Origin: an uncultured Acidobacteriota bacterium | GTDB lineage: Bacteria > Acidobacteriota > Thermoanaerobaculia > Multivoradales > SZUA-115 | Assembly (NCBI GenBank): GCA_963805975.1 | Contig: CAWDVR010000006.1 | Location: 256,001 to 320,000, forward strand | Length of the DNA: 64,000 nt | Direction: 5' to 3' | Shown: piece after piece, positions 27,601 to 37,247 of the stretch | Position numbering within the stretch: position 1 is the first letter of the stretch | Layout of the letters: the number at the start of each line of letters is the position of its first letter | Position numbers and translations under genes: made by a program | Notes under the pieces: model-generated | The model's input: only the letters and a program-made list of their open reading frames with translations | Told to the model about the DNA's origin: nothing | The model's database searches: none

Positions 27601-29499
27601 GCCTGCGGCGTGACGTTGATGAGGATCGCCGGGGCGGTGCCGCCGTTCGCCACCAGCACCTGAGAGGTGGTGCAGGTGACGGTCTGGCTGACCACGTTGC
27701 AGGTCCAGCCGCCGCCGCTGGCGCTGGCGATGGTCAGGCCGGCCGGCACGGTGTCGGTCACCGTGATCGTGCCGCTCGTGTCCGTGGCGCCGATGTTGGT
27801 CACTTGCAGGGTGTAGGTTGCGGCCTGCCCCACCACGAACGCGGGCGGCGCCTGTTTCGCGAGGCTCAGCAAGGGCGGCTGGAGGATCTGGTAGGTGTGG
27901 GCCGCCACCGCCAGCCCGCAGGTGCTGACGCCGGTGATGGCGATCCCCGCGGAGGGGTTGACCAGCTCCATCTCGATGGTCTCCGGGCCGGGCGGAGTGT
28001 CGGGATCGGGGAGGATCTGGAGCACCGCGGCCAGGCTCACGGCGGTCGCCAGCGTGCCGTCGTAGCTGCCGGCGGGGATGGTGACCACCAGGTTCCCGGC
28101 CGCCGGAACCGTGCTGTAGTCGATGCCGCGCGCGGCCGTGCCGCCGGTGATGGCGATCTCCACCGTCTGGGGCGCCGCCACCACGCCGCTCACCAGCAGC
28201 CGGGGCAGGTTCGCGGTCGGCACGGTCTCCGGCCCGGAGGCGGTCGCGGCGCTGAACTCCACGGCCGCGACCAGCCCGGTGATGCGCACGTCGTCCATCA
28301 GGTTGCCGGCGGCCAGACCGCCGGCCGCGGAGACCGCGGCATAGGAGAGGTTGACCACCTGCGGCCCGCCGGAGCCGTTGGTGTAGCTCGTCTGGTAGCG
28401 GGTCCAGCCATTGGCCTGGGTCGGGTCCTGGGTGCAGCCGGGGCCCGAGACGACGGTGCAGGTATGGGTGCCGCCCGCCGCGTTGTTGTCAGCGACGGTG
28501 ACCCACTGCACGTTGTCGATCAGCAACGCGGCGGTATCGACCCCGGTCCGGCCGCGATGGCGAAAGCTGATGGTGAAGGTCTCCGCCGGGTAGATGCAGA
28601 TCGGTTGCTGCGAGAGTCGCCGCGGGGTTGAACGCGTTGAGCTCGGCGAACTGCAGGCCCTCGGGTGCAGCGACCCCCAGGAAGCCGTTCGACCAGATCT
28701 CGATGTTCCCGCCGGCGCTGTAGGGCGAAGGGCTGGTGTTCGTTTCCGTGGTCGACCACCCCGGCACCACCGATTCCGTTCTCTGGGCGAAAGAGCTGCC
28801 GGGTATGACCGGGAGCTCGAAGCCCGAGTTCGTGAAGGTGCGCACGGCCGGCGGGCCTTCGATCACCTGGATCTCCGCGAGCTGCAACGCCTGCGAGGCG
28901 GCGAGCCGGTAGATGCGGACGTAGCGGGCGGTGTGGGTGCCCGCCTGGAGGTCGAGCGAGCTGTAGTTGGGGCCCGGCCCGGTACCCTGGGGCACTCCGA
29001 CGGCCTGCCCGTTGGCGTAGGTCAGCGAGTTGACGCCGACGTTGGTGAACGCGCTCGACGGGACGGCGGTCAAAGCTCCGGCGAGCACCGCCGGTCGCGA
29101 GGTGGTGAGGATCCAGTTCGAGGCGCCCGCGATGTCGGTGCGGTTCCAGAGCACGATGCGCTCGATGATGTAGTTCTGGCCGAGATCGATCTCGATCCAC
29201 TCGCGGTTCGCACCCGTTGCCGCGGCGGTCGTCTGGCAGCCCTGGGCCACCGTGAAATTGCCGTTGGTGTCGCCATCGGTGCAGGCGGAAGCGGTGGCGC
29301 CGATGTCGGACGACATGGTGACTGGCTTGCCCAGCGCCACGTTGTCGCCCGGCGCCGCCAGGGCCGTGCCCCAGGGCGCCAGCAGCGCCCAGGCTCCCAT
29401 CCAGAGCGCCAGCAGGTGAGCCGGCCGGAAGCTGTGTTGGGAGGACGAGCGGATCGAGCAGCTGGGAGCTCCCGCTGCGGACGTGGCGGCACCTCGCAT
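24669..29499 (-). CDS. Large surface adhesin: F5/8-type-C/fucolectin-like domain, CBM-like and Calx-beta-like domains, 8 DUF11 repeats, IPTL-CTERM (frameshift near 28620)
   Basis: Signal peptide; NVALGKPVTMSS...WIEIDLG...IVLWNRTD; the frames of 28489-29505 and 24669-28526 join near 28620; C-terminus EIPTLSGW plus TM helix and basic tail. Confidence 0.88.
24780..27875 (-). repeat. Eight tandem 387-bp (129-aa) DUF11 repeats
   Basis: Recurrent unit PxLxLxKQGP...YxLxVTNxG...VTD...GWxC...VTCTT...NxA...GGGDxxCP...C. Confidence 0.92.
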
Positions 29500-29685
29500 G
29501 GTCACCCCTCAGAAGACTGCTGAGACATCAATGACGGAAGTCTCTATCACTCTTATGTCGGAGCTAGCAAATTACGTTGGACAAATGGTTAACAGGTGTT
29601 CGCACGGAGTTGTACTGATGTACTTCCGCCGCTCGGGATCCGGATGGATCCCGAGCGAGGACCGGAGCGGCGGGGATGGAAGGGC

Positions 29686-31683
29686 TCAGCCTTGCGCTGG
29701 CAGCTCGGGCCGCCCGCGCTCGAGCAGGGCGAAGGCGCGCTCCACCTCGGCGTGGCTGCCCACCAGCACCAGGCTGTCGCCGGTTGCGAGGGTGAGGTCC
29801 GGGCTGGGATTGGTCTGCGCCTGCTCGTCGCGCACCACGGCGATGATCGTCGCGCCGGTCTTGGTGCGCAGGCCGAGCTCGCGGATGGTGCGGCCGGCGG
29901 CGGCGCTGGCAGCGCCCAGCCGGTAGACCTCGGTGAGCCCCCCGGTGAGCACCGCGAGCAGCTCCTGCGGCAGCTCGCCGCCGAGGGTGCCGGAGCGCAG
30001 CAGCCGGTAGTCGCCGCCGCGCAGCAGGCGGATCTGGGCGGCGATGATGTTGCGCGGCACGTGGAAGCGCTCCAGCACGCGGGTGAAGATCTCGATCGAG
30101 GTCTCGAACTCCTCGGCGATCACCTCGTTGGCGCCGGCCTGCCGCAGGGCGTCGATCTCGTGCACCGCCCGCGTGCGCACCAGGATGTAGAGGTCCGGGT
30201 TGAGCTGGCGCGAGAAGCGCACGCTGCCCTCGACGGCGGTGAAGTCCGAGATGGCGAAGACCACCATGCGGGCGGTCTCGATCGACGCCTGCTCGAGGAT
30301 CTCGCGCCGCGTGGCGTCGCCGAAGATCACCGGCTCGCCGGCGCGCCGGGCGCGGCTCGCGAGCTCACCCGAGAGCTCGATCACCCGGTAGGGGATCCTC
30401 GTCTCCTTGAGCACCCGCGCCAGGTTGCGACCGTTGGTACCGAAGCCGACCACGATCACGTGCCCGGAGAGCGGCTGCCTGGCGAGCGCGGCATCCGCGG
30501 CCGGTGCCGTGGCCCGGGTCGCCCGCTGGACGAGCTCCGCCAGGCGCGGCGCCGCGGCCACCAGGACCGGCGCGGCGACCAGCGTCAGCACCGAGGCGGC
30601 AATCAGATTCTGCTCGAGCCCCGCCGGCAGGAAGTCGAGCCCCTGGCCCACCTTGAGCAGCACGAACGAGAACTCTCCCACCTGCGCGAGCCCCAGGCCG
30701 ACCAGGATCGCGGTGCGCACCGGGAAGCCCAGCAGAGCGACGGCGCCGCCGGCGGCCAGCGACTTGACCACCACCACCGCCACGGCCACTGCGGCGATCG
30801 CGAGCGGGTGGGCGAGGGCGAAAGGCACGTCGAGCAGCATGCCGATCGAGACGAAGAAGACGCTGTTGAACACGTCGCGGAAGGGCGCCACCTCGGCCAC
30901 CACCTGGTGGCTGTAGTCCGACTCCGAGATCACGATGCCGGCCAGGAAGGCACCGAGCGCCAGCGAGAAGTCCAGCATCGAGGTGAGCCAGGCGAGGCCC
31001 AGGCAGGCGAGGAGAGCGCCGAAGAGCAGGATCTCGCGGATGCCGGTGCGCACGAGCTGGTGCAGCAGGCGGGGCATCAGGTAGCGGGCGGCGAGGAAGA
31101 CCAACGCCACGGCGGCCAGCGCGCCCAGGAAGCGCAGCGCGACGCTCAGGAACGAGGCGGGAGCGGCGCCCGCCAGCACCGGTGTCAGCACGATCATCGG
31201 CACCAGCAGGAAGTCCTGGAAGAGCAGGATGCCGATTGCCACCTTGCCCTGCGGCGCCTCGAGCTCGCGGCGGTCGGCGTAGAGCTTGAGCACCACCGCG
31301 GTGCTCGACAGCGCCAGCAGCATGCCGCAGAACAGCGCCTGCGCGAACGGCAGGCCCGCGGCCGTGGCCAGCAGCCAGCCGAGAAGGATGGTGGCCACCG
31401 CCTGCAGCGAGCCGCCGAGGAAGAAGGCGCGGCGGATGTGCTTCAGCCGCTCGGGCGAGAACTCGAGGCCAATGGTGAACAGCAGGAAGACGACGCCGAC
31501 CTCGGCGAAGATCTCGACCTGCTCGGTGTCCGAGACCAGCCCCAGCGCCGAGGGGCCGATCAGCACGCCGGTGAGCAGGAAGCCGACCACCGACGGGATC
31601 TTGAGCTTGTGGCTGATCAGCACCACGGCCGTCGAGGCTGCGAGCAGCACCACGGCGTCGCGAAGGAAGTGGTCGAGGGTCAT
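29686..31683 (-). CDS. CPA2 (Kef-like) cation:proton antiporter with TrkA-N and TrkA-C domains
   Basis: AEVGVVFLLFTIGLEFS, LSSTAVV, LLFQD, VGFGTNG, FGDAT and a C-terminal RCK-C domain. Confidence 0.93.
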   Translation of the reverse strand: MTLDHFLRDAVVLLAASTAVVLISHKLKIPSVVGFLLTGVLIGPSALGLVSDTEQVEIFAEVGVVFLLFTIGLEFSPERLKHIRRAFFLGGSLQAVATILLGWLLATAAGLPFAQALFCGMLLALSSTAVVLKLYADRRELEAPQGKVAIGILLFQDFLLVPMIVLTPVLAGAAPASFLSVALRFLGALAAVALVFLAARYLMPRLLHQLVRTGIREILLFGALLACLGLAWLTSMLDFSLALGAFLAGIVISESDYSHQVVAEVAPFRDVFNSVFFVSIGMLLDVPFALAHPLAIAAVAVAVVVVKSLAAGGAVALLGFPVRTAILVGLGLAQVGEFSFVLLKVGQGLDFLPAGLEQNLIAASVLTLVAAPVLVAAAPRLAELVQRATRATAPAADAALARQPLSGHVIVVGFGTNGRNLARVLKETRIPYRVIELSGELASRARRAGEPVIFGDATRREILEQASIETARMVVFAISDFTAVEGSVRFSRQLNPDLYILVRTRAVHEIDALRQAGANEVIAEEFETSIEIFTRVLERFHVPRNIIAAQIRLLRGGDYRLLRSGTLGGELPQELLAVLTGGLTEVYRLGAASAAAGRTIRELGLRTKTGATIIAVVRDEQAQTNPSPDLTLATGDSLVLVGSHAEVERAFALLERGRPELPAQG

Positions 31684-31761
31684 GCGGCGCGGATTGTACA
31701 GGCGGCCAGAACCCCGCAACTGCTAACCTCGGGGCTCCACGGGATCGGAGGGAAGCTGCCG

Positions 31762-33561
31762 GTGCATGAACTGCCCTTACTGGTGAACATCGCCGTCGCC
31801 CTGCTCGCCGCCTTCGTCGGTGGCCTGCTGGCGCGGAAGGTCGGCGTGCCCACGCTGGTGGGATACCTGCTGGGCGGCATGGCGATCGGTCCTTTCACCC
31901 CCGGCTTCGTGGGCGACCAGGACGCCATCGGCCAGCTCGCCGAGCTGGGCGTCATCTTCCTGATGTTCGGTGTCGGCCTCCATTTTTCGATGAAGGACCT
32001 GTGGCGAGTGCGCGGGGTCGCCGTGCCGGGGGCCCTGGGCCAGATGGGTCTCGCCTCGCTCGCCGGCTATGCGCTCTGCCGTTCCTGGGGCTGGTCCGGC
32101 CAGGCGAGCCTGGTGGTGGGGCTCGCGATCTCGGTGGCCAGCACCGTGGTCCTGCTGCGGGGCCTGATCGACAACGGTCTCCTCGACACCCGGCACGGGC
32201 AGGTCGCGGTCGGCTGGCTGGTGCTCGAGGACCTGGCCACGGTCGTGATCCTGCTCATCCTGCCGGTGTTCACTGTCGGCGACAGCGGGATCGACGGGCG
32301 GGCGCTCGGCCTCACTCTCCTCAAGGCGGCGGCCTTCATCGCGCTGATGCTGCTGGTGGGGGCGAGGGTCGTGCCGTGGATCCTCTTGCGCATCGCCTCC
32401 ACCCGCTCGCGCGAGCTCTTCCTCTTGCTGGTGCTCACCGTGGCGCTCGGCACGGCGCTCGGCTCGGCGGCTATCTTCGGGGTGTCGCTGGCCCTGGGCG
32501 CGTTCCTCGCCGGCGTGGTGGTCAACGACTCGCCCCTGAGCCACCAGGTGGGGGCCGATGTGCTGCCCTTCCGCGAAGCCTTCGCGGTGCTGTTCTTCGT
32601 CTCGGTGGGGATGCTGGTCGATCCCCGCTACCTGCTGGCCAACGCCGGTCCGGTGGCAGCGATGACGGCGCTGATCGTGGTCGGCAAGGGTGCCCTCACC
32701 ATCCTCCTCTGCGTGCTGCTGCGCCAGCCGCTGCGCACCGGGCTGGTGGTGGCCGCGGGCCTGGGCCAGATCGGCGAGTTCTCCTTCATCCTGGGCCAGG
32801 CCGGGGTGAAGCTGGGGATGCTGCAGCAGGAGCAGTACTCGCTGCTCCTCGCCGGCGCTCTGCTCTCGATCACCATCAACCCGTTGCTGTTCGGCCTGGT
32901 GGGGCCGCTCGAGCGTGCCGTCTCCCGCTCGCCGCGGCTCCGGCGCTGGCTGGACCCGCAGCCGCCGGTGGAGGACGACCCGGTGCCGGAGGGCGGCGGT
33001 CATGTGGTGATCGTCGGCTGCGGGCGCGTCGGCGGCCACATCGTGGATGTGCTGGGACGGGTGGGCGTGCCCCGCCTGGTGGTCGAGTCGGACGCCAGTA
33101 AGGTCGAGGAGCTGCACCGCAAGGGCGTGCCCCTGCTCTACGGCGACGCCTCCAACTCCGAGATCCTGAGCCACGCGGACCTGCCGCGGGCCCGCGCTCT
33201 GGTGGTCACCATCCCGGACGAGGCCGCGGCGGCGCTCACCGTGGCCGGGGCCCGGAGGCTCTGCCCGGAGGTGCCGATCGTGGCGCGGGCCGCCTCGCAG
33301 GCCGGCGTCAAGTACCTGGCCGATCTCGGCGCTCAGGACGTGATCCATCCCGAGCTCGAAGGCGGCCTCCAGGTCGTGCGTCACACCCTGCTCCGCCTCG
33401 GTTTCCCGCTCGCCGAGGTGCAGAGCTACGCCGACCTGGTACGGCGGGAAAGCTACGACACTGACGTCGACACCGACGAGGAAGAGCGCGCCATCCTCGA
33501 GTTGCTCGATGGCGGCGACGGCCGGCCAGGAGCTCAGGGGCCGGTGGCCCCGATCGCGTAG
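31762..33561 (+). CDS. CPA2 antiporter, YbaL/RosB-like
   Basis: GPFTPGFVGD, LAELGVIFLMFGVGLHFS, VASTVVLLR, GWLVLED and GCGRVG motifs; GTG start after GGAGG. Confidence 0.93.
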   Translation: MHELPLLVNIAVALLAAFVGGLLARKVGVPTLVGYLLGGMAIGPFTPGFVGDQDAIGQLAELGVIFLMFGVGLHFSMKDLWRVRGVAVPGALGQMGLASLAGYALCRSWGWSGQASLVVGLAISVASTVVLLRGLIDNGLLDTRHGQVAVGWLVLEDLATVVILLILPVFTVGDSGIDGRALGLTLLKAAAFIALMLLVGARVVPWILLRIASTRSRELFLLLVLTVALGTALGSAAIFGVSLALGAFLAGVVVNDSPLSHQVGADVLPFREAFAVLFFVSVGMLVDPRYLLANAGPVAAMTALIVVGKGALTILLCVLLRQPLRTGLVVAAGLGQIGEFSFILGQAGVKLGMLQQEQYSLLLAGALLSITINPLLFGLVGPLERAVSRSPRLRRWLDPQPPVEDDPVPEGGGHVVIVGCGRVGGHIVDVLGRVGVPRLVVESDASKVEELHRKGVPLLYGDASNSEILSHADLPRARALVVTIPDEAAAALTVAGARRLCPEVPIVARAASQAGVKYLADLGAQDVIHPELEGGLQVVRHTLLRLGFPLAEVQSYADLVRRESYDTDVDTDEEERAILELLDGGDGRPGAQGPVAPIA

Positions 33562-34892
33562 AGGAAGCGCCGGCCGCGTAGGTAGATCTCCTTGCCGACG
33601 ATGGCCGGCGAGGCGTCGAAGCCGTCGTCGAGCTTGTTGATGGCCAGCACCTTCATCTCGCGGCCCTGGGCGAGGACGGCGGTGGCGCCGTTCCTGCCGG
33701 GGATGTAGACGCGGCCCGCGGCGCCCACCGGCGAGGCGTAGACGCCTTCGACGCCAGGCAGGCGCTCGGGACCGAAGACCGCCTTGCCGGAGGCCGCGTC
33801 GAGCGCGGTCAGGATGCCCTGGTTGTGCTTCAGGAAGTAGAGGACGCCGCCGTAGAGGAGCGGCGAGGGCACGTAGGGCGTGTCCTGATCGTAGCTCCAG
33901 GCGACGGCCGGGGTGCCGGTGAGGTCGCCGCGCGCCCCGGCCAGCTTGATGGCCCTGAGCGCGTTACCCCGGAAGCCGCTGGTGACGAACAGCATGCCGT
34001 CGGCGGCGACCGGTGTCGGGATGGCGTTGGTCGTCATGCCGGTGGTCTCCCAGACCAGCGCACCCGTCGCGAGGTCGTAAGCCCTCACCTTGCCCGTGGC
34101 GTTGATCACCACCTGCTGCTTGCCGTCCACCTCGACCACCCTCGGCGTGGCCCAGGAGGTGCGCTCGTCGCGCGCCACCCGCCAGCGCTCGGCGCCGGTC
34201 TTGCTGTCCAGGGCGACGACGAAGCCGGGCCCTTCGTGGTCCCAGTTGACCACCAGCGTGTCGCCGGCGAGAGCGGGAGAGGCGCCTTCGCCGAAGGCGC
34301 TCCGGGTCTGCATGTCGCCCAGGTCCTTCTCCCACAGGAGCTTGCCGTCCCAGTCGTAGCAGTAGATCCCCTGCGAGCCGAACGAGGCCCAGATCCGCGC
34401 GCCGTCGGTCACCGCCGAGCCCGAGGCCCAGGTGCCGTCCGGGTGGGTGCCCTCGTGTGGCCTGGCCTGCCGCGCGGTGCGCTCCCAGACCACTTTGCCG
34501 GTCGCCCGGTCCAGGGCCAGCAGCACGAAGCGCAGCTCGCGGTCCGGCGCCACGCTCTGGGGCGGGCCGCTGCCTGCTGCGCCGCCGGCCGGCGGCGCGC
34601 TTCCCGGCGAAGGGGCCGGCGCGGCAGCGTCCACCGCGGTGAGCAGGAAGATGCGGTCGCCCCACACCACCGGCGAGGCATGGCCGCGGCCGGGGATCTC
34701 GACCTTGTAGCGCAGGTTGGAGGTCTCGCTCCAGGTCAGCGGCGGATCGCCGTGCGGGGCGACGCCGTTGCCATCCGGCCCCCGCCACTGCGGCCAGTGG
34801 TGGTCTGCCTCCTGGGGAGCAGGCTTCGAGGCGAGGGCCGTCAGGACGACGGACACGGCGAGCAGGGCGGTGATCGAGCCTCTCCAGCGCAT
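33534..34892 (-). CDS. Secreted PQQ-binding-like (BamB-like) beta-propeller protein
   Basis: Signal peptide; WPQWRGPDGNG and repeated ALD..TG...W blades; PYVPSP and YASPV. Confidence 0.9.
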   Translation of the reverse strand: MRWRGSITALLAVSVVLTALASKPAPQEADHHWPQWRGPDGNGVAPHGDPPLTWSETSNLRYKVEIPGRGHASPVVWGDRIFLLTAVDAAAPAPSPGSAPPAGGAAGSGPPQSVAPDRELRFVLLALDRATGKVVWERTARQARPHEGTHPDGTWASGSAVTDGARIWASFGSQGIYCYDWDGKLLWEKDLGDMQTRSAFGEGASPALAGDTLVVNWDHEGPGFVVALDSKTGAERWRVARDERTSWATPRVVEVDGKQQVVINATGKVRAYDLATGALVWETTGMTTNAIPTPVAADGMLFVTSGFRGNALRAIKLAGARGDLTGTPAVAWSYDQDTPYVPSPLLYGGVLYFLKHNQGILTALDAASGKAVFGPERLPGVEGVYASPVGAAGRVYIPGRNGATAVLAQGREMKVLAINKLDDGFDASPAIVGKEIYLRGRRFLYAIGATGP

Positions 34893-34917
34893 GGCGTTCT
34901 CCCTGGCGCAGGCGGAC

Positions 34918-35856
34918 CTAAGGTGAGTCGGAGGTCGCGACGCTGTTGGCCGCGGACCAGACGTAGCTTACCGGCGACTCGCTGCGCAGCGAGCACTGCT
35001 GTTGGTTCTGGCCTACCTGGTAGTCCCCGACATAGGTCGGGCACTGGCACTGGATCGGATCGCCGTCCTGCGGCGGCTGCCGGGCGCCCTTCTCGAAGAA
35101 GCAGGGTGCGGTCATGCAGCCGGCGTAGAGACCGTGGCACGGCGTCGAGCCGAGATTGTAGTCACCGTCCATGGCGAAGCTGAAAGCCGAGATCAGGTCC
35201 GCCTCCGGCATCAGGGAAACGGTCGGATCGTCCGGGTCCTGGTTGCGGACGTAGCCGCAGACCGGCGCCGGCTGCTGCTGGTCGCAGCCGGCGAGCGAGC
35301 CGTCCCGGCCGCAGTTGACGATGTTGGCGCAGTCCTCGCCCAGGGTGCCGCACTTCTGCACGGTCTCGTAGAAGGCCCCCAGGTTGAGTATGGAGTTGAT
35401 GTCCACGAAGTAGGGCCCGGAGGTGTAGACCTGGCAGGTGCAGTTCGCGAACTTGCCTTCACGGATGCAGGGCAGCTCCCGGTTGTCGTCGCTCGTACCG
35501 CCCGGCCACGGAGGCCCCGAGAAGAAGCAGAGGGCATAGGAGCCCTCCCGGCAATAGAGCATGTTCGTCGAGCTGAGCGCCGCACCCACGATGACGTTGG
35601 CCCTCGCCGGGCCGTACTCGGTGGTCCAGCACTGCGTCGGCTCGAAGGGGTAGTTGCTGCAGTCGTCACCGCAGGGCGGCGGTTGGGTGCAGGGCGGGTA
35701 GATCGGTTCCCCCGAGGGCGTTGCCGCGGCCTTCGCAGCGGGCTCTCCTCCCGGCGCAGGGTCGGTGGTGCGAGGGGAGGTGGCACACGCGCCGGCGAGG
35801 GCGACAAGCGCGAGGGCCACGATCCGCGCAGCAACTCCATGGGGAGCTCTCTTCAT
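34918..35856 (-). CDS. Cysteine-rich lipoprotein (hypothetical)
   Basis: Lipobox-like LAGA-C plus 20 further Cys; GGAGG upstream. Confidence 0.8.
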   Translation of the reverse strand: MKRAPHGVAARIVALALVALAGACATSPRTTDPAPGGEPAAKAAATPSGEPIYPPCTQPPPCGDDCSNYPFEPTQCWTTEYGPARANVIVGAALSSTNMLYCREGSYALCFFSGPPWPGGTSDDNRELPCIREGKFANCTCQVYTSGPYFVDINSILNLGAFYETVQKCGTLGEDCANIVNCGRDGSLAGCDQQQPAPVCGYVRNQDPDDPTVSLMPEADLISAFSFAMDGDYNLGSTPCHGLYAGCMTAPCFFEKGARQPPQDGDPIQCQCPTYVGDYQVGQNQQQCSLRSESPVSYVWSAANSVATSDSP

Positions 35857-35919
35857 ATCTACGGCCTCCTTCGAAGGGTCGAGGCAGTGTACGTGATCCG
35901 AGCGCGAGATCGAGGGGCC

Positions 35920-35954
35920 TTGACATCGGCTGTCATCTGTGTATACTCAGTATA
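35920..35954 (+). promoter_or_regulatory. Sigma70 promoter with overlapping GntR/YtrA operator; probably leaderless
   Basis: TTGACA-N16-TATACT; palindrome TATACT-C-AGTATA; ATG begins 7 nt after the -10 box. Confidence 0.75.
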
Positions 35955-36349
35955 TGGATGTGCACAGCGACCTCGTCATCTCCCAAGCCGACGCGCGGCC
36001 GATGTACGTCCAGATCATGGAGCAGATCAAGCAGCGCGTGGCCGTGGGGGACTGGCCGCCGGGCCAGGAGATCCCGTCGATCCGCCAGCTCGCCGTCGAC
36101 CTTCGGGTCAGCGTGATCACCGTCAAGCGCGCCTACCTGGAGCTCGAGCGCGAGGGAGTGATCGTGACCCGGCAGGGCAAGGGCTCGATGGTGGCGGAGG
36201 GGGCGGCCCTCCAGCCCCGGCTCCTGGAGCAGGACCTCAGCCGGCACCTCGATCAGGTCGCCCGCCTCGCCGCGCAGCTCGGGCTCACGCCCGAGGAGCT
36301 CCTGTCCAGGCTGCGCGAGACCACCGCCGCCCAGAAGGAAGAGGAATGA
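35954..36349 (+). CDS. GntR family regulator, YtrA subfamily
   Basis: PMYVQI, IPSIRQLA and TVKRAYLELEREG motifs; short C-terminus; upstream of ABC genes. Confidence 0.95.
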   Translation: MDVHSDLVISQADARPMYVQIMEQIKQRVAVGDWPPGQEIPSIRQLAVDLRVSVITVKRAYLELEREGVIVTRQGKGSMVAEGAALQPRLLEQDLSRHLDQVARLAAQLGLTPEELLSRLRETTAAQKEEE

Positions 36350-36350
36350 C

Positions 36351-37247
36351 ATGACGACCGCAGCGATTCAGCTCGAAGGGGTGGAGAAGCGCTACCGCCA
36401 CTTCACTCTCGACGCCATCGACCTCCTGCTCCCCGAGGGGCAGATCATGGGCTTCATCGGGCCCAACGGCGCCGGCAAGTCCACCACCATCCGCATCCTC
36501 ATGGCGCTGGTGCACCAGGACCGGGGCACCGTCCGGGTGCTCGGGCACGACATGCCCACCGATCAGGTGGCCGCCAAGCGGCAGGTGGGCTTCGTCTCCG
36601 AGGACCTGCGGATCTACGGCGCGGCCACGCTCGCCTGGCACATGCGCTTCATCCGCTCGATCTACCCGAGCTGGGACCAGGCCTATGCCGAGCGGCTGGT
36701 GCGGCGCTTCGGCCTGAAGGCGGAGCAGAAGATCAAGGGGCTCTCGCACGGCCAGCGGGTGAAGGCGGCGCTGCTGCTCGTCCTGGCGCGGCGCCCCAGG
36801 CTGCTGGTGCTCGACGAGCCGACCACCGGGCTCGATCCCGTGGCCCGTCACGAGGTGCTCGGCGAGCTGATGGAGGTGCTGGCCGACGAGGAGCGGACCA
36901 TCCTCTTCTCGTCGCACAACACGCTGGACGTGGAGCAGATCTCCGACCAGATCACCTTCATCGACCAGGGCCGGATCATCGACAGCGGCGACAAGGAGAG
37001 CTTCCTCGACCGCTGGCGCCGCCTCCGGGTCGAGATACCGCCCGGCGTCGTCCTGCCTGCCCTGCCCGGCGTGGTGCAGCAGAACGGCAGCGGCCGGCTG
37101 GCGGTGATCACCACCGACCGCTTCGAGCCTGCCATGGCCGCCGCCTACAGCCAGGCCGGCGCCACGGTCCACGCGGTCGAGCCGATGACGCTCGAAGAGA
37201 TCTTCGTCACCAACGTCCACGCGAGAAGAGGGGAAGGCAAGCCATGA
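36351..37247 (+). CDS. ABC transporter ATP-binding protein
   Basis: GPNGAGKST, LSHGQ and LLVLDEPT motifs. Confidence 0.96.
   Translation: MTTAAIQLEGVEKRYRHFTLDAIDLLLPEGQIMGFIGPNGAGKSTTIRILMALVHQDRGTVRVLGHDMPTDQVAAKRQVGFVSEDLRIYGAATLAWHMRFIRSIYPSWDQAYAERLVRRFGLKAEQKIKGLSHGQRVKAALLLVLARRPRLLVLDEPTTGLDPVARHEVLGELMEVLADEERTILFSSHNTLDVEQISDQITFIDQGRIIDSGDKESFLDRWRRLRVEIPPGVVLPALPGVVQQNGSGRLAVITTDRFEPAMAAAYSQAGATVHAVEPMTLEEIFVTNVHARRGEGKP

Noticed and set aside
24780-27875. DUF11 repeats as a diversity-generating or shufflon cassette
   Set aside because: In-frame, evenly diverged domain repeats with no reverse transcriptase or invertase nearby
24564-28631. 1355-aa plus-strand ORF and the many other long Arg/Gly/Ala-rich ORFs
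   Set aside because: Antisense or off-frame shadows of real genes, expected at this GC content; they carry no motifs
28600-28640. Programmed frameshift or phase variation in the adhesin
   Set aside because: No long slippery or simple-sequence tract; it fits the window-wide indel pattern
29500-29620. Promoter or riboswitch in the AT-rich region upstream of the adhesin
   Set aside because: No convincing sigma70 or sigma54 consensus or known RNA motif could be read
29596-31761. N-terminal 720 aa of the 1321-aa ORF as a fusion with the YbaL-like antiporter
   Set aside because: It is the antisense of the Kef-like gene; the real start is the GTG at 31762 with an SD
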